This document shows positions 19,842 through 30,718 of a stretch of DNA of 64,000 nucleotides, piece by piece. The position numbers and the translations under genes were made by a program. The notes beneath the pieces were generated by a model, which worked only from the letters and a program-made list of their open reading frames with translations, ran no database searches and was not told the DNA's origin. This DNA is from a bacterium. Its GTDB lineage: Bacteria; Krumholzibacteriota; Krumholzibacteriia; G020349025. The DNA lies in contig JANLSU010000121.1 in NCBI GenBank assembly GCA_031362565.1, forward strand, positions 1 to 64,000. The letters are read 5' to 3'. Position 1 is the stretch's first letter. Each line of letters begins with the position of its first letter.

Positions 19842-20273
19842 GTGAAGAAACGATGGCCGCATGACGGCGTCTATGCCCGCATCGCGTATTCGCGCCTGCA
19901 TGGCGTGGGCGTGGGGGCGATCCGCGACATCCCGGCCGGAACACTGGTGTTCCGCGGCGAGAGCGAGCGCGTCACGTGGGTGTCGCGCGCCGCGGTGCGG
20001 CGAATGCCCTCGGCCATCCGGCAATTGTATGAAGACTTCGGCATGGTCTGGGGGGACCGGATCGGTGTGCCGCCGACCCTGAACATGTTGTCGGTCGGGT
20101 GGTACGTGAATCATTCCGACCGCCCGAACGTCGAGGCGGGTGAAGACGGCCGTTTCCGGGCGATGCGCCGGATCCGGAAAGGCGAAGAGTTGACCGCCGA
20201 CTATCGAACCTTCACGGACGAGGGGCTCCCGTTCAAGCCGAAGCGATCCGCACCCGCGCGACCGCGCGCCTGA
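19842..20273 (+). CDS. SET-domain protein (putative lysine methyltransferase)
   Basis: HGVGVGAIRDIPAG, YVNHSDRPN, IRKGEELTADY. Confidence 0.88.
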   Translation: MKKRWPHDGVYARIAYSRLHGVGVGAIRDIPAGTLVFRGESERVTWVSRAAVRRMPSAIRQLYEDFGMVWGDRIGVPPTLNMLSVGWYVNHSDRPNVEAGEDGRFRAMRRIRKGEELTADYRTFTDEGLPFKPKRSAPARPRA

Positions 20274-20414
20274 ACGCCGGTCCTAGGCGGGCGCCGCCGC
20301 GGCGGCCGGACCCACTTGCCGGTACACCGCGTTCCGGAGTCCAATGGAGTCCTCATTCCCGATCACCAAGCCGCTGCCATGCGCGAGCGGACACCCTCGA
20401 CGGGAGGCCCGGAG

Positions 20415-20831
20415 ATGGCCGCAGCGAAAACCAAACCGACAGCTGTGAGTGTCAGCGCATTCATCAACGCTGTCCCTGACGAAGAGCGCCGCCGTGACTC
20501 GCGGACACTCTTGAAAATGATGAAAAAGGCCACGAAGGCCGAGCCGAAGATGTGGGGCCCGACGATCATCGGATTCGGGAGCTACCACTACAAGTATGCG
20601 AGCGGCCACGAAGGGGACATGTGTATCACGGGCTTCTCGCCACGTAAGGCAGCGTTCTCGATTTACGTCCTGGGCGACATCGAGGGTCAGGCGGGTCTCC
20701 TGAAGAAGCTCGGCAAGCACCAAGCCGGAAAAGCGTGCCTCTATATCAAACGCCTCTCCGACATCGATCTCGAGGTGCTCGAGGAACTTGTCACACGTTC
20801 CGTGAAGTCCGTGAAGGTAAAGTGGAGTTGA
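20415..20831 (+). CDS. DUF1801 domain protein
   Basis: PKMWGPTIIGFGSYHYKYASG, GFSPRK, GKACLYIKRL. Confidence 0.9.
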   Translation: MAAAKTKPTAVSVSAFINAVPDEERRRDSRTLLKMMKKATKAEPKMWGPTIIGFGSYHYKYASGHEGDMCITGFSPRKAAFSIYVLGDIEGQAGLLKKLGKHQAGKACLYIKRLSDIDLEVLEELVTRSVKSVKVKWS

Positions 20832-20850
20832 CCCTTCCCGATCGGTTGCC

Positions 20851-21471
20851 ATGCGGCTCTCGATGATCCGGTTCCGCACGATCGCCGGCCTCGCCGCCAT
20901 CCTGGGTGGAGCTTTGGCTCTCGGAAATTGCGACTCACCCTCGGGCCCTGTAGCCCCGCGCCCGTTCTTTCCACTCGCAACCGGAAACTACTGGGTGTAC
21001 GTCGACAGCTTGTTCGATCATGGCAATGTCGTCCAAGTGCGCGTCGATACCTCGATTGTGACCGGCACTGGCAGCGCGCTCGGGGGGTTGTGGTGGCAGA
21101 TCAGGCAACGCACGCCCGGCATGTCGGACGTGGGTTCACAAGTGCAACTGCGCGACGATGGGCTGCATGCGGTGATGTTTGGATTTCCAGGGCGTTTCTA
21201 CGAGTCACGCACGCTCTTGGTGCCACGCGACACCGCCTACAGCTATAACTATCTATTCCAAGGCGACATCGCGGTGTATCGGACGGTGCGCAAACTGCCG
21301 GGCCGTGTGACCGTTCCGGCGGGCACGTTCGGGGATTGCGTCGAGTACGAAGATCAATTGGCCACCAATGTCCTGGCCCAGGGTGTCGGCATCCTGCGGC
21401 GCACGACGCCAGTCGACTTCTTCGACTCGACGCGCACGACGTCGACTCTCGTCGATTTCCGGTTGCGCTAG
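20851..21471 (+). CDS. Putative lipoprotein
   Basis: Signal with LGN-C; FPLATGNYWVY, VTVPAGTF, GVGI. Confidence 0.75.
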   Translation: MRLSMIRFRTIAGLAAILGGALALGNCDSPSGPVAPRPFFPLATGNYWVYVDSLFDHGNVVQVRVDTSIVTGTGSALGGLWWQIRQRTPGMSDVGSQVQLRDDGLHAVMFGFPGRFYESRTLLVPRDTAYSYNYLFQGDIAVYRTVRKLPGRVTVPAGTFGDCVEYEDQLATNVLAQGVGILRRTTPVDFFDSTRTTSTLVDFRLR

Positions 21472-22584
21472 TTACGCCAGCCCACGTTGCTGCCGGGCCG
21501 CCCGGATCCGCCGCACCGTCGCATCCGCAATGGCAGGCACCGCCGACTCGGGGTACGGGGCGACGCTGCTGACGTTGATCTCGCAGAGAACATAGGTGTC
21601 CTCCCCCTTCGCGTCCTTCGGGCCCAACAGAAAATCGCAATCCCACAGGATCGGCACGGCCTCGCGGTCGATCTCCAGAAGTTGCAGCGCGGCCGGCACC
21701 CACTCCTGCTCCAACTGGTGTTTGAGGGCTTGAAACTCCGGCTGCGTCGCGGGGTGGTACAACCGCGGCCCCGGCTGCGGGGCCGCCGCCGGCGATGCGC
21801 CGTCGGGTGCAGGAAATAGCGCATTGATCGCCTGATGCCCAAATCCCGCCACTTCGCGGTCGACGAGATAACAGCGAATCATGCCTTCCGGGAGCCGCTC
21901 CTGATACTCCTGGTCGATCATGCGCCCGTTGCCGGCAAAGTACGGCGCGCACCGCGCGGCGAATTCGCCCAAAGTGATTTCTTCTTCGATGCAGTCGCGT
22001 TTGGCGTGACGGACACGCAGCATGGTTTCGGCGTTCACCAAAGCAAAGGGACGCGGCGACTCACCACCAGGAACTCGGTCCGCCGGCAGTTGGACCTTCC
22101 ACACGCCATTTCCCCCGTTGCCGCGCCACTGTTTCAGGACGCGCGCTTTTCCGGTTGCGAGCCGCGCCGGCAGCTCGCGGCACATTTGCTCGAGACTGTC
22201 ATACCGATGCGTGTCGGACCCCCAGCCGACGGCGCGGGTTCGAACCAGGACGTCTTTTGTCCCCAACTTCAAGATCACATCGGGATGGGTGCTGACGAAG
22301 ATGCCGGCGGCTGCCACATCGCGGAGCATCGAATCGAGGACGGACCGGTCCCGGCCGTTTTCAATGGGGTTGCACCACACGAGCACGCCATCGACGCGCA
22401 GGAGTTGCTCCCGCACTTCGGCGCAGAATTCGTCGTGATACACGGCCGGCTCGACGTCGAGACCCTTGGCGCCAAGCGCACGAAACACATCTGCAAACCG
22501 GTTGTTGGCCGGTGTTGCGGTTCGCCTTGCCTCGGGATTGCCGGGGTAGAGAATCGCGACTTGGCCGTGATTTTCTGGCGCCAT
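21472..22584 (-). CDS. Cj0069-family (ATP-grasp-like) protein
   Basis: DGVLVWCNP, STHPDVILKLGTK, VLKQWRGNGGNGVWKV, WDCDFL, CEINVSSV. Confidence 0.8.
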   Translation of the reverse strand: MAPENHGQVAILYPGNPEARRTATPANNRFADVFRALGAKGLDVEPAVYHDEFCAEVREQLLRVDGVLVWCNPIENGRDRSVLDSMLRDVAAAGIFVSTHPDVILKLGTKDVLVRTRAVGWGSDTHRYDSLEQMCRELPARLATGKARVLKQWRGNGGNGVWKVQLPADRVPGGESPRPFALVNAETMLRVRHAKRDCIEEEITLGEFAARCAPYFAGNGRMIDQEYQERLPEGMIRCYLVDREVAGFGHQAINALFPAPDGASPAAAPQPGPRLYHPATQPEFQALKHQLEQEWVPAALQLLEIDREAVPILWDCDFLLGPKDAKGEDTYVLCEINVSSVAPYPESAVPAIADATVRRIRAARQQRGLA

Positions 22585-22600
22585 GGAATTCGCTAGCCGT

Positions 22601-22864
22601 TCAGAGCAATCGGCGGAGTTTCGCGAAGCCCTTCTTGATCTCGTCGGCGGCGAGCTCGAGCGACGCCCCGACTTCGGTGGCCGTCTCTCCGACGACTTTG
22701 GCCGCGGGCCGGGTGCGATCTTCGAGCGCGTCCAGCTTCGCCTCGAGCTTGTTCCACTCATCGCGCGTGTCGGCCTTGGCGAGGGTTATTTTGAGTGCCA
22801 ATTCCTCGCGCTCGCGCTTGAGGGCCTCGACGGCTGCGTCGATCCGGCTCTTCTCTTCACTCAT
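22601..22864 (-). CDS. Small coiled-coil hypothetical protein
   Basis: AAGGAG RBS; LKREREEL...ADTRDEWNKLEAK...EIKKGF. Confidence 0.75.
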   Translation of the reverse strand: MSEEKSRIDAAVEALKREREELALKITLAKADTRDEWNKLEAKLDALEDRTRPAAKVVGETATEVGASLELAADEIKKGFAKLRRLL

Positions 22865-23178
22865 GTTCGCCATCTCCTTGCGTGTCGCGGGAGGCGGGGG
22901 TTCGCCGGCGGATCCGGCTGGTGGGGGCGCGAAATGACGCCTCATCATAGCACCGCCGGGCCTCGTGTCCGGATTCGAATCGAGCCGGCAATGGCCTTGA
23001 ACCGTCGTCGCGACAAGAGGTTCCAGCGCCCGGCCAGACGGCGGCTCGCGACTCCAACGGCCCCTGGGAACTTCTGGAGATCGACCTGCATTGAGTTGGG
23101 GTCGGCAGACACGGAGCCGAAAGGCTACCCTGACAATCGACCCGCGGCGCCACTGGCGCCGCCCCACACGGAGTCCGA

Positions 23179-23781
23179 ATGACTGCGGTGCGCCCAGAGA
23201 CCCACGACGCCAAGACCTTCGAGGCGTTGCTGCAGCCGGTGCTGCGGGTGGCGTACGGCGTCGCTCTGCGCCTAGCGCGCAACTCGTCGGACGCCGAGGA
23301 CCTGGTTCAGGAAGCGGCACTGCTGGCTTTTCGCGCCTTCGCCAGCTTCGAGCTGGGGACAAATTTCAAAGCTTGGTACATGCGCATTCTGACCAATTGC
23401 TATTTCGCCAAGTATCGCCGCGTGAAACGTGGGCCCGAGTTCGTGGATCTGGACGACACTCCGGCGCTGTACCTCATGTTCCAGACTGCGGGCGCCGGTT
23501 TGCATACACGTGGCGCGGATCCAGCCGGCGCGTTGCTCGAACGAATGGACTCGGAACAGGTCGCTGAAGCGATTGCGGCATTGCCCGACGAATACCGCGT
23601 CGTTTGCGCCCTCTACTTCGTGGACGACCTGCCGTACCAAGACATCGCGGAGATCGTCGGTGTGCCGCTTGGAACGGTTCGATCGCGGCTGCATCGCGGG
23701 CGGCGCATGCTGCAGAAGGCTCTGTGGCACGTGGCGGAATCGCACGGCATCGTGACAGCGCTCACGGCCGCAGAAAATTGA
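23179..23781 (+). CDS. ECF sigma-70 factor (SigR/SigH-like)
   Basis: DAEDLVQE, GTNFKAW, YQDIAEIVGVPLGTVRSRLHRGR. Confidence 0.93.
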   Translation: MTAVRPETHDAKTFEALLQPVLRVAYGVALRLARNSSDAEDLVQEAALLAFRAFASFELGTNFKAWYMRILTNCYFAKYRRVKRGPEFVDLDDTPALYLMFQTAGAGLHTRGADPAGALLERMDSEQVAEAIAALPDEYRVVCALYFVDDLPYQDIAEIVGVPLGTVRSRLHRGRRMLQKALWHVAESHGIVTALTAAEN

Positions 23782-23792
23782 GAGGACCTCGA

Positions 23793-24050
23793 ATGACACC
23801 CGACCGTTATACATGCGAAGAGGTGCTCCGGCGGCTCGATGATTTCCTCGACCGGGAGCTGGACGGCTCGGAAGAGAAGCTCGTCCAAGAGCACATCGAC
23901 ACGTGCGCCAATTGCCTGCGTGAGTACGAGTTCGAAAAGACCGTCTTGCAGCAGGTGAAGGCCAAGGTGCGGCGTTTGAGCGTCCCGGCGGATCTCATGC
24001 GACGGATCGCGCGGGCGATCGAAGCGGACTCGGCCGGCACCGACTCGTAA
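23793..24050 (+). CDS. zf-HC2 anti-sigma factor
   Basis: TCEEV...FLDREL...HIDTCANC (HxxxCxxC), directly after the sigma gene. Confidence 0.9.
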   Translation: MTPDRYTCEEVLRRLDDFLDRELDGSEEKLVQEHIDTCANCLREYEFEKTVLQQVKAKVRRLSVPADLMRRIARAIEADSAGTDS

Positions 24051-24054
24051 CGCC

Positions 24055-24825
24055 TCAACCCGTTCGCACGCCGATGCCTTCCAGGAACGCCGCCGGCAAA
24101 TGCCCCGCCGTCAGAGTGCGCGGATCGATCCAAGAAGCCCCCAGATGCCGCGCCTCCTCGAGTCCCAACGCCGCACTCAAATTCACGCAGCCCGCGAACA
24201 CAGTGCGGGAAAGCGTCGTGCGGCGGAACGATGCGCCGTCGACGTCGGCGCTGCTCAAATTCGCACAGGCCAAATCGGCGTCGTCAAAACAGGCGCCGCG
24301 CAGATTCGCGCCGGTGAAATCCACCGCCGTGAGATTGGCGCCGCGGAACTTGGCGCCACTCAAGTTCGCCCAGCGGAAATTCGTCCCGCCCAGATCCGCC
24401 CCGGTCCAGTCGGCTTCGCAGGCGGAAATGCGCTGCGCGTCGGCGTTCTGCCAAACGGAGTCGTGGGCCTCGACGCGGTCGAAGTTGGCCCACATCGCGC
24501 TGGCGCGCGTCAGCTCCGCGCCGCGCAGGTTTGCGCCTTGAAAATTCGACGCGAGAAATTTTGCATCGGCACACTGGGCGCCGCTCAGATCGGCGCCCGC
24601 GAGATTGCACGCCATGATGAGCGCCGCCCGTAGATCGGCGCCGGCAAGTGCGGCGTCGTGCAGATCGCCGTCCGAGAGGTCGGCGCCACGCAAATCGCTG
24701 CCGGTGAGATCGGTGCTCGCAAGCAACGCACTCATGGCGACAATGCCACGCAGGTCGGCACCGCGGAGCACCGTGGTTTCGAGCTCGACGAGCACGGCGT
24801 TGTTTGCCTTGTGGCGAATTTCCAC
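24055..24825 (-). CDS. Pentapeptide repeat protein
   Basis: Tandem A(D/N)LxG repeats (ADLRG, ANLSG, ANLRG). Confidence 0.9.
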   Translation of the reverse strand: MEIRHKANNAVLVELETTVLRGADLRGIVAMSALLASTDLTGSDLRGADLSDGDLHDAALAGADLRAALIMACNLAGADLSGAQCADAKFLASNFQGANLRGAELTRASAMWANFDRVEAHDSVWQNADAQRISACEADWTGADLGGTNFRWANLSGAKFRGANLTAVDFTGANLRGACFDDADLACANLSSADVDGASFRRTTLSRTVFAGCVNLSAALGLEEARHLGASWIDPRTLTAGHLPAAFLEGIGVRTG

Positions 24826-25017
24826 GCTGCAGTCCTCCCCATTTTCAGGTGGCGGCGCGATGCCCGGACGGGACGCACTGCGCCCGTCGATCCGGGGTCC
24901 GTGGAACTTGCGGCGGCACGGCACCATTATAGACACGCAGGGCGCCGCAGGTCATTCCCCCTTGGAAGGGGGCACCGCGGCAGGGAAGGAACCGGGGAAG
25001 TGCGATCCAAGGACGGC

Positions 25018-25251
25018 ATGAACTGCGAGGCACTGCTCCGCCGCCTGGACGACCATCTGGACAGGGAAACGGACCCCCAGACCAATCAGTGCATCCGCGC
25101 CCACCTCGAGACGTGTATCTTTTGTGCGACCTTGGCTCGAGTCGAATCGGATGTTCTCGGCAGGCTCCGCGCTGCGCTGGCGGCACCGCCAATGCCGGCT
25201 GGATTGGCCGCGCGGATTCACGCCGCGCTCGCCCGCGAACCCGATTCGTGA
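25018..25251 (+). CDS. Second zf-HC2 anti-sigma-like protein
   Basis: MNCEALLRRLDDHLDRE...HLETCIFC. Confidence 0.75.
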   Translation: MNCEALLRRLDDHLDRETDPQTNQCIRAHLETCIFCATLARVESDVLGRLRAALAAPPMPAGLAARIHAALAREPDS

Positions 25252-25347
25252 CGAATACGGCGCGGGGATGGAACCTTGGGCGCGTCCGGGCCATTGGCCC
25301 CTTGGAGCGCCGCGACTCGCGCCGCCGATACCGAGACGGAGGACGAC

Positions 25348-28140
25348 GTGCAAGGATCCGAAGCGAAGGGCCCGACCCCGCATACCGGCCGTGGTACCGG
25401 TCCCGAATGGACCCGCCTGCAGCAAGACGCGCGGCGCGAACAGAATTGGAAACGCTGGGGCCCCTATTTGTCGGAACGCCAATGGGGCACCGTGCGCGAG
25501 GATTACTCGGCCACCGGTGAAGCCTGGGATTCGTTCCCACACGATCAGGCCCGCAGCCGCGCCTACCGCTGGGGCGAGGACGGTTTGCTCGGGTTCACCG
25601 ATCGCGAGTGCCGGCTCTGCTTTTCGATCGCGCTTTGGAACGGCCACGATCCGATTCTGAAAGAACGCTTGTTCGGCCTCACCGGCTCCGAGGGCAACCA
25701 CGGCGAGGATGCCAAGGAGTGCTACTACTATCTCGATTCGACGCCGACGCACTCGTACATGAAGGCGCTCTACAAATATCCACAGGCCGAATACCCGTAC
25801 TCGTGGCTCGTGCAAGAAAACAGGACGCGCGGCAAGGACGACGGGGAGTTCGAGTTGCACGACACCGGTGTTTTTCAGGACGGCCGGTATTTCGATGTCT
25901 TTGCGGAATATGCCAAGGCGTCGGCCGACGACATCTTGATTCGCATCACCGTCGCGAACCGTGGCCCCGAAGCCGCCACCGTGCACCTGCTGCCGACGCT
26001 CTGGTTCCGCAACACCTGGGCCTGGGGTCGCACCGGCGAAGGCTATTGGGCGCGGCCGCGACTCGAGCGCCATGGTGACAACGAAATCATCGCCGAACAC
26101 TCGACGCTGGGCCGCTACAAGCTGGCCGTGGGCCCGGGGCCCGATGGCCGCCGGCCGGCGCTGCTCTTTACCGAGAACGAAACCAACGGCCAACGCCTCT
26201 GGAACGTGCCGAATCCGATGCCCTACGTGAAGGATTCCTTCCACGAATACGTCGTGCAGGGCAACCAGGCTGCCGTGAACGCCGCGGGTACGGGCACCAA
26301 AGCCGCAGCGCACTACGTCTTGGATGTGCCGGCCGGACGCTCCGCCGTCGTGTGTCTGCGTTTGTGCGCTGACGGTGTCGTTGCCCCAGCGCCCTTCGGC
26401 GCCGAGTTCGACCGGGTGTTCGCGACCCGCCAAGAAGAAGCCGACGAATTCTATGACAGTGTCGTGCAAAGCGCCGTGACGCCGGAAGAGCGGCGGGTCA
26501 TGCGCCAGGGCTACGCGGGTCTTCTGTGGTCGAAACAGTTCTTCCACTACGTCGTGAAGGACTGGCTCGAAGGCGACCCGTCGATGCCGGCGCCGCCGCC
26601 CGAGCGCGCCACCGGCCGCAACAGCGAATGGCGGCACCTGCACAACCGCGATGTCATCTCGATGCCGGACAAGTGGGAGTATCCGTGGTATGCGGCGTGG
26701 GATCTCGCATTCCACATGCTGCCGTTCGCGAACGTCGACCCGGACTTCACCAAACAACAACTCGTGCTTTTCCTGCGCGAGTGGTACATGCACCCGAACG
26801 GCCAGATTCCTGCCTACGAGTGGGCGTTCGGCGATGTCAACCCGCCGGTGCATGCCTGGGCCGTGTGGCGTGCCTACAAGATCACCGGCCCTAAAGGCGG
26901 CCGCGACCGGCTCTTCCTAGAGCGCTGCTTCCAGAAACTGCTCATCAACTTCACCTGGTGGGTCAACCGCAAAGACATCATGGGCAAGAACGTTTTCGGC
27001 GGCGGCTTCCTCGGGCTCGACAACATCGGCGTTTTCGACCGCTCGCGGCCGCTGCCGACCGGCGGCCATTTGGAACAGGCCGACGGCACGGCGTGGATGG
27101 CCTTCTACTGCACGACCATGCTGTCGATGGCGCTCGAATTGGCGAGCGAAGACCCGGCCTACGAGGACGTTGCCTCGAAATTCTTCGAGCATTTCATCGC
27201 CATCACCGATGCCATGAACCACCTGGGTGGCGACGGCCTGTGGGATGAAACCGACGGTTTCTACTACGACAAGCTGCATGTGGACGGCACCCAAATGCCG
27301 CTCCGTATTCGCTCGCTCGTCGGCGTTATTCCGCTCTTCGCGGTGGAAATCCTCGAGGAACACACCTTCGCCAAGTTGCCCGGCTTCCGTAAGCGCATGG
27401 ATTGGTTCCTGGAGAATCGCAAGGACCTGGCCGAGCATGTCACATACATGCAAAAGGGCCACAACGGCGGCCACGGCCACCGGCTGCTGGCGATTCCTTC
27501 CAAGGAACGGCTGCTGCGCGTGCTGCGTTACGTGCTCGACGAGGCCGAGTTCTTGTCGCCGCACGGCGTGCGCGGCCTGTCGCGCATCCACAAGGACCAT
27601 CCGTACACGTGCAATGTGATGGGCGAGAATTACCACGTCGACTACACGCCGGCCGAAGGCAATACGGCGCTCTTCGGCGGCAACTCGAACTGGCGCGGCC
27701 CCATCTGGATGCCGCTCAACTACCTCCTGATCGAGTGCCTCGAACGCTATCACCACTTCTATGGGGATGAAGTCAAAGTCGAGTTCCCCACCGGTTCGGG
27801 CAATCTGCTCAACCTGCAACAGGTGGCGCAGGAACTCGCGAAGCGCATCGCGAGCATCTTTCTGCCGGACGCGACCGGACGGCGCCCGGTGCACGGCGAA
27901 GAGCTGCAATACACCACCGATCCGCATTGGAAGGATCTGGTGCTCTTCTACGAGTACTTCCACGGCGACAATGGGCGCGGCGTCGGTGCGAGCCACCAAA
28001 CCGGCTGGACGGCGCTCGCGGTGCGTCTCATCGAACAAGTCGCGAAGGCGCGCCGCGGCGAATCCACCAACCTGACAAATCGCGACTCCTCGGTCGACGG
28101 AATCGAGCTGCCGCTACGGAGCGCCAGCCATGCGGTATGA
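25348..28140 (+). CDS. GH63/MGH1-like glycoside hydrolase (glucosidase)
   Basis: [57 protein letters not shown]. Confidence 0.93.
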   Translation: MQGSEAKGPTPHTGRGTGPEWTRLQQDARREQNWKRWGPYLSERQWGTVREDYSATGEAWDSFPHDQARSRAYRWGEDGLLGFTDRECRLCFSIALWNGHDPILKERLFGLTGSEGNHGEDAKECYYYLDSTPTHSYMKALYKYPQAEYPYSWLVQENRTRGKDDGEFELHDTGVFQDGRYFDVFAEYAKASADDILIRITVANRGPEAATVHLLPTLWFRNTWAWGRTGEGYWARPRLERHGDNEIIAEHSTLGRYKLAVGPGPDGRRPALLFTENETNGQRLWNVPNPMPYVKDSFHEYVVQGNQAAVNAAGTGTKAAAHYVLDVPAGRSAVVCLRLCADGVVAPAPFGAEFDRVFATRQEEADEFYDSVVQSAVTPEERRVMRQGYAGLLWSKQFFHYVVKDWLEGDPSMPAPPPERATGRNSEWRHLHNRDVISMPDKWEYPWYAAWDLAFHMLPFANVDPDFTKQQLVLFLREWYMHPNGQIPAYEWAFGDVNPPVHAWAVWRAYKITGPKGGRDRLFLERCFQKLLINFTWWVNRKDIMGKNVFGGGFLGLDNIGVFDRSRPLPTGGHLEQADGTAWMAFYCTTMLSMALELASEDPAYEDVASKFFEHFIAITDAMNHLGGDGLWDETDGFYYDKLHVDGTQMPLRIRSLVGVIPLFAVEILEEHTFAKLPGFRKRMDWFLENRKDLAEHVTYMQKGHNGGHGHRLLAIPSKERLLRVLRYVLDEAEFLSPHGVRGLSRIHKDHPYTCNVMGENYHVDYTPAEGNTALFGGNSNWRGPIWMPLNYLLIECLERYHHFYGDEVKVEFPTGSGNLLNLQQVAQELAKRIASIFLPDATGRRPVHGEELQYTTDPHWKDLVLFYEYFHGDNGRGVGASHQTGWTALAVRLIEQVAKARRGESTNLTNRDSSVDGIELPLRSASHAV

Positions 28141-29494
28141 CGTCATCGTCATCGGCAGCGGCCAAGCAGGTGTGCCGCTCGCGGCGCGGCTCGCGGAGGC
28201 GGGCAAGCGCGTGCTCATCGTCGAGCGCGCCTTGTTGGGTGGCACCTGCGTCAACACCGGATGCACGCCCACCAAGACGATGATGGCGAGCGCCCGCACC
28301 GCACAGGTCGCGCGGCGTGCCGGCCGGCTCGGCGTCCACACCGGCCCCGTCGTGGTCGACCTGGCGGCGGTGGTCGATCGCAAGAACCGCATCGTCGAGG
28401 AATGGCGCGCCGGCGTGCAGCGCCGGCTCGAGGCGTCCGGCGACCGTTTGCAGTGGAAGCACGGCCAGGCCCGTTTTGCCGGCCCACACGAGGTCCAGGT
28501 GGGTGACGAAACCCACCACGCCGAAACCATCATCATCAATACCGGCGGCCGGCCTGTGCTGCCGCCGCTCGCGGGGCTCGAGCAAGTCGATTTTCTCGAC
28601 AACGCCAGCATCATGCAGCTGCGCGACATTCCCAAACATCTCATCGTCCTGGGCGGCGGCTACATCGCCGTCGAGTTCGGGCAGATGTTCCGCCGCTTCG
28701 GCAGTGAGGTGACGATTCTGCAGCGCAGCAAGCACTTGCTGGGCCGCGAGGACGAAGACGTCGCCAAGGCACTCGAGGACGCATTCTTAGCCGAAGGCAT
28801 TCAAATTCGTTTCGGCGCCGAGGCCAAGGCGGTGTGGAAGGATCAGGACGGTCTGCGGGTGGAACTACAGAATGGCACGTTAGTGCGCGGTTCCCATTTG
28901 TTGGTTGCCGTCGGCCGCGAACCCAACACCAAGGACTTGGGTTGCGACGCCGCGGGAATCGAGCTCGACAAGCGCGGTGCGATCGTCGCCGACGAACACT
29001 ATCGCACCATGGCGCCAGGGGTGTACGCCGTGGGCGACGTTCTGGGCGGCGCGCAATTTACCCACAACTCGTGGGACGATCATCGCCTGCTCTTCGACAT
29101 CTTGAACGGCCGCGAGCGCCATCGAAGCGGCCGGCTCGTACCCTACAGCGTTTTTACCGATCCGCAACTAGCGCGGGTCGGCCTGTCGGAAACCGAGGCC
29201 AAGGAGAAGGGCATCGCCTACGAAGCCGCCACTATGCCCTTCGCCAACATCGCCCGCGCCATCGAGCTGGATGAAACCGCCGGCATTCTCAAGGTGCTCA
29301 TCGATCCCAAGACCGAGAAGATTCTGGGGGCCGCCATCGTCGGCATCGAGGCCGGCGAACTGATTCATATCTTCGTCTCACTCATGCAAGCCGGTGCTAC
29401 GGCCCGTGCCATCGTCGATGCGCAGGCCATTCACCCAACCCTCGCCGAAGGCGTGCAGTCGCTGGTCATGAGTTTGGACCGCTACAAGCTCTGA
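28130..29494 (+). CDS. Class I pyridine nucleotide-disulfide oxidoreductase (MerA/RclA-like; not true MerA)
   Basis: [33 protein letters not shown]; no C-terminal Cys-Cys. Confidence 0.88.
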   Translation: MRYDVIVIGSGQAGVPLAARLAEAGKRVLIVERALLGGTCVNTGCTPTKTMMASARTAQVARRAGRLGVHTGPVVVDLAAVVDRKNRIVEEWRAGVQRRLEASGDRLQWKHGQARFAGPHEVQVGDETHHAETIIINTGGRPVLPPLAGLEQVDFLDNASIMQLRDIPKHLIVLGGGYIAVEFGQMFRRFGSEVTILQRSKHLLGREDEDVAKALEDAFLAEGIQIRFGAEAKAVWKDQDGLRVELQNGTLVRGSHLLVAVGREPNTKDLGCDAAGIELDKRGAIVADEHYRTMAPGVYAVGDVLGGAQFTHNSWDDHRLLFDILNGRERHRSGRLVPYSVFTDPQLARVGLSETEAKEKGIAYEAATMPFANIARAIELDETAGILKVLIDPKTEKILGAAIVGIEAGELIHIFVSLMQAGATARAIVDAQAIHPTLAEGVQSLVMSLDRYKL

Positions 29495-29587
29495 GGCCCC
29501 GGCAGATTGACGGCGGATATCGTTGGCGTTAGGCTCGTAACGTTCCGCCGCAACGATCCACCGGCATTCACGACCGAGAGGGCCTCC

Positions 29588-30718
29588 ATGACACGGTCGA
29601 TGCGAGTGGGCGCCGCGACCCTCGCCGTCCTGGTGACGCTGTTCGGGTTGCACGTGCAGCTCAACCTCGGCGGCTGGCGGCGCTTCATTGCGCGCCAGCA
29701 ATCGGCACCGGCAGCACGCGGCGAACTGGTCGTGGGGTTTCTGCCCGTCACCTGTCACCTGACGTGCCCGGTCACGAGCTGGGTGACTTCACACTCCGCC
29801 GGTGGCGCGGTGTTCCGGTCCAAGCGCTACACCGAGTTCGCGACCATCGCCGAGGAGTTCAAGGCGGGAAAACTCCAGGCCTCGTTCATCCTGGCACCGC
29901 TCGCCATGACGCTCTGCCGCCAAGGGCTGCCGATCAAGATCGTCTATTTGGGCCACCGCGACGGCACGACGCTCGTCGTGCGTACCGACTCGGACATCCA
30001 CGACTTTACGGGACTACGCGGCAAGACCATCGCCATCCCGCACCGCTACTCGAACCAACGCATCCTGCTCGAGCGCGAGCTGGAGAAGCACGGCATGACC
30101 GCTGCCGATCTCAACATGGTCGTGTATCCGCCGCCCGAGATGCCCTCGGCGCTGCAGAAGCGCGCCGTTGACGCGTACATCGTCGGTGAACCGTTCGCGG
30201 CCAAATCGGAGGTCGAGGGCTTCGGGCGCGTCCTCGGGTTTACCAAAGACATGTGGCCCAACTTCATTTCGTGCGTGTTGGCGGTGAGCGACGACTTGAT
30301 CAAGAACGACCGGCCGCTGGTTCAGGAGCTGGTGGATGGCATTGCCGCGTCGGGCCGGTGGCTCGATTCGCCGGGCGAGGACCTGGCTCCTGGAGTGCGG
30401 CGTGCGACACCGGACAGCGCGGCAACACCAGGTGTCGCCCAGCTTCCCGACGGCTGGGACGCCACCCATCGCTCGCAAGCGGCGGCGATTGCGGCGCGAC
30501 CGGAGTACTATAACCAGAACGCCGATCTCATTCGCTTCGTGCTTTCCAAACCGCCCGACCGGGTGCGCTATACGGGGCTCGGGCCGGCGCGCGCCGACTT
30601 CGAAGAGATTCAGCGTTTCGCCGAGAAGCTCGGCTACTTCGCACCCTCCACGCCGGACGACCGGTTCGGCTTCGAAGATTATTGCGATCCCTCGTTCGCG
30701 ACGAACGCCAATCCATGA
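29588..30718 (+). CDS. ABC transporter substrate-binding protein, nitrate/sulfonate/bicarbonate (NMT1-like) class
   Basis: N-terminal TM; VGFLPVTCHLTCP, YLGHRDG, GKTIAIP, YIVGEPF, SCVLAV. Confidence 0.88.
   Translation: MTRSMRVGAATLAVLVTLFGLHVQLNLGGWRRFIARQQSAPAARGELVVGFLPVTCHLTCPVTSWVTSHSAGGAVFRSKRYTEFATIAEEFKAGKLQASFILAPLAMTLCRQGLPIKIVYLGHRDGTTLVVRTDSDIHDFTGLRGKTIAIPHRYSNQRILLERELEKHGMTAADLNMVVYPPPEMPSALQKRAVDAYIVGEPFAAKSEVEGFGRVLGFTKDMWPNFISCVLAVSDDLIKNDRPLVQELVDGIAASGRWLDSPGEDLAPGVRRATPDSAATPGVAQLPDGWDATHRSQAAAIAARPEYYNQNADLIRFVLSKPPDRVRYTGLGPARADFEEIQRFAEKLGYFAPSTPDDRFGFEDYCDPSFATNANP

Noticed and set aside
24055..24825. DNA repeat array or CRISPR
   Set aside because: The 15-nt periodicity is explained by pentapeptide coding repeats; no repeat-spacer structure or cas genes anywhere in the window
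28130..29494. Mercuric reductase merA
   Set aside because: No C-terminal Cys-Cys pair, no NmerA domain and no mer operon genes
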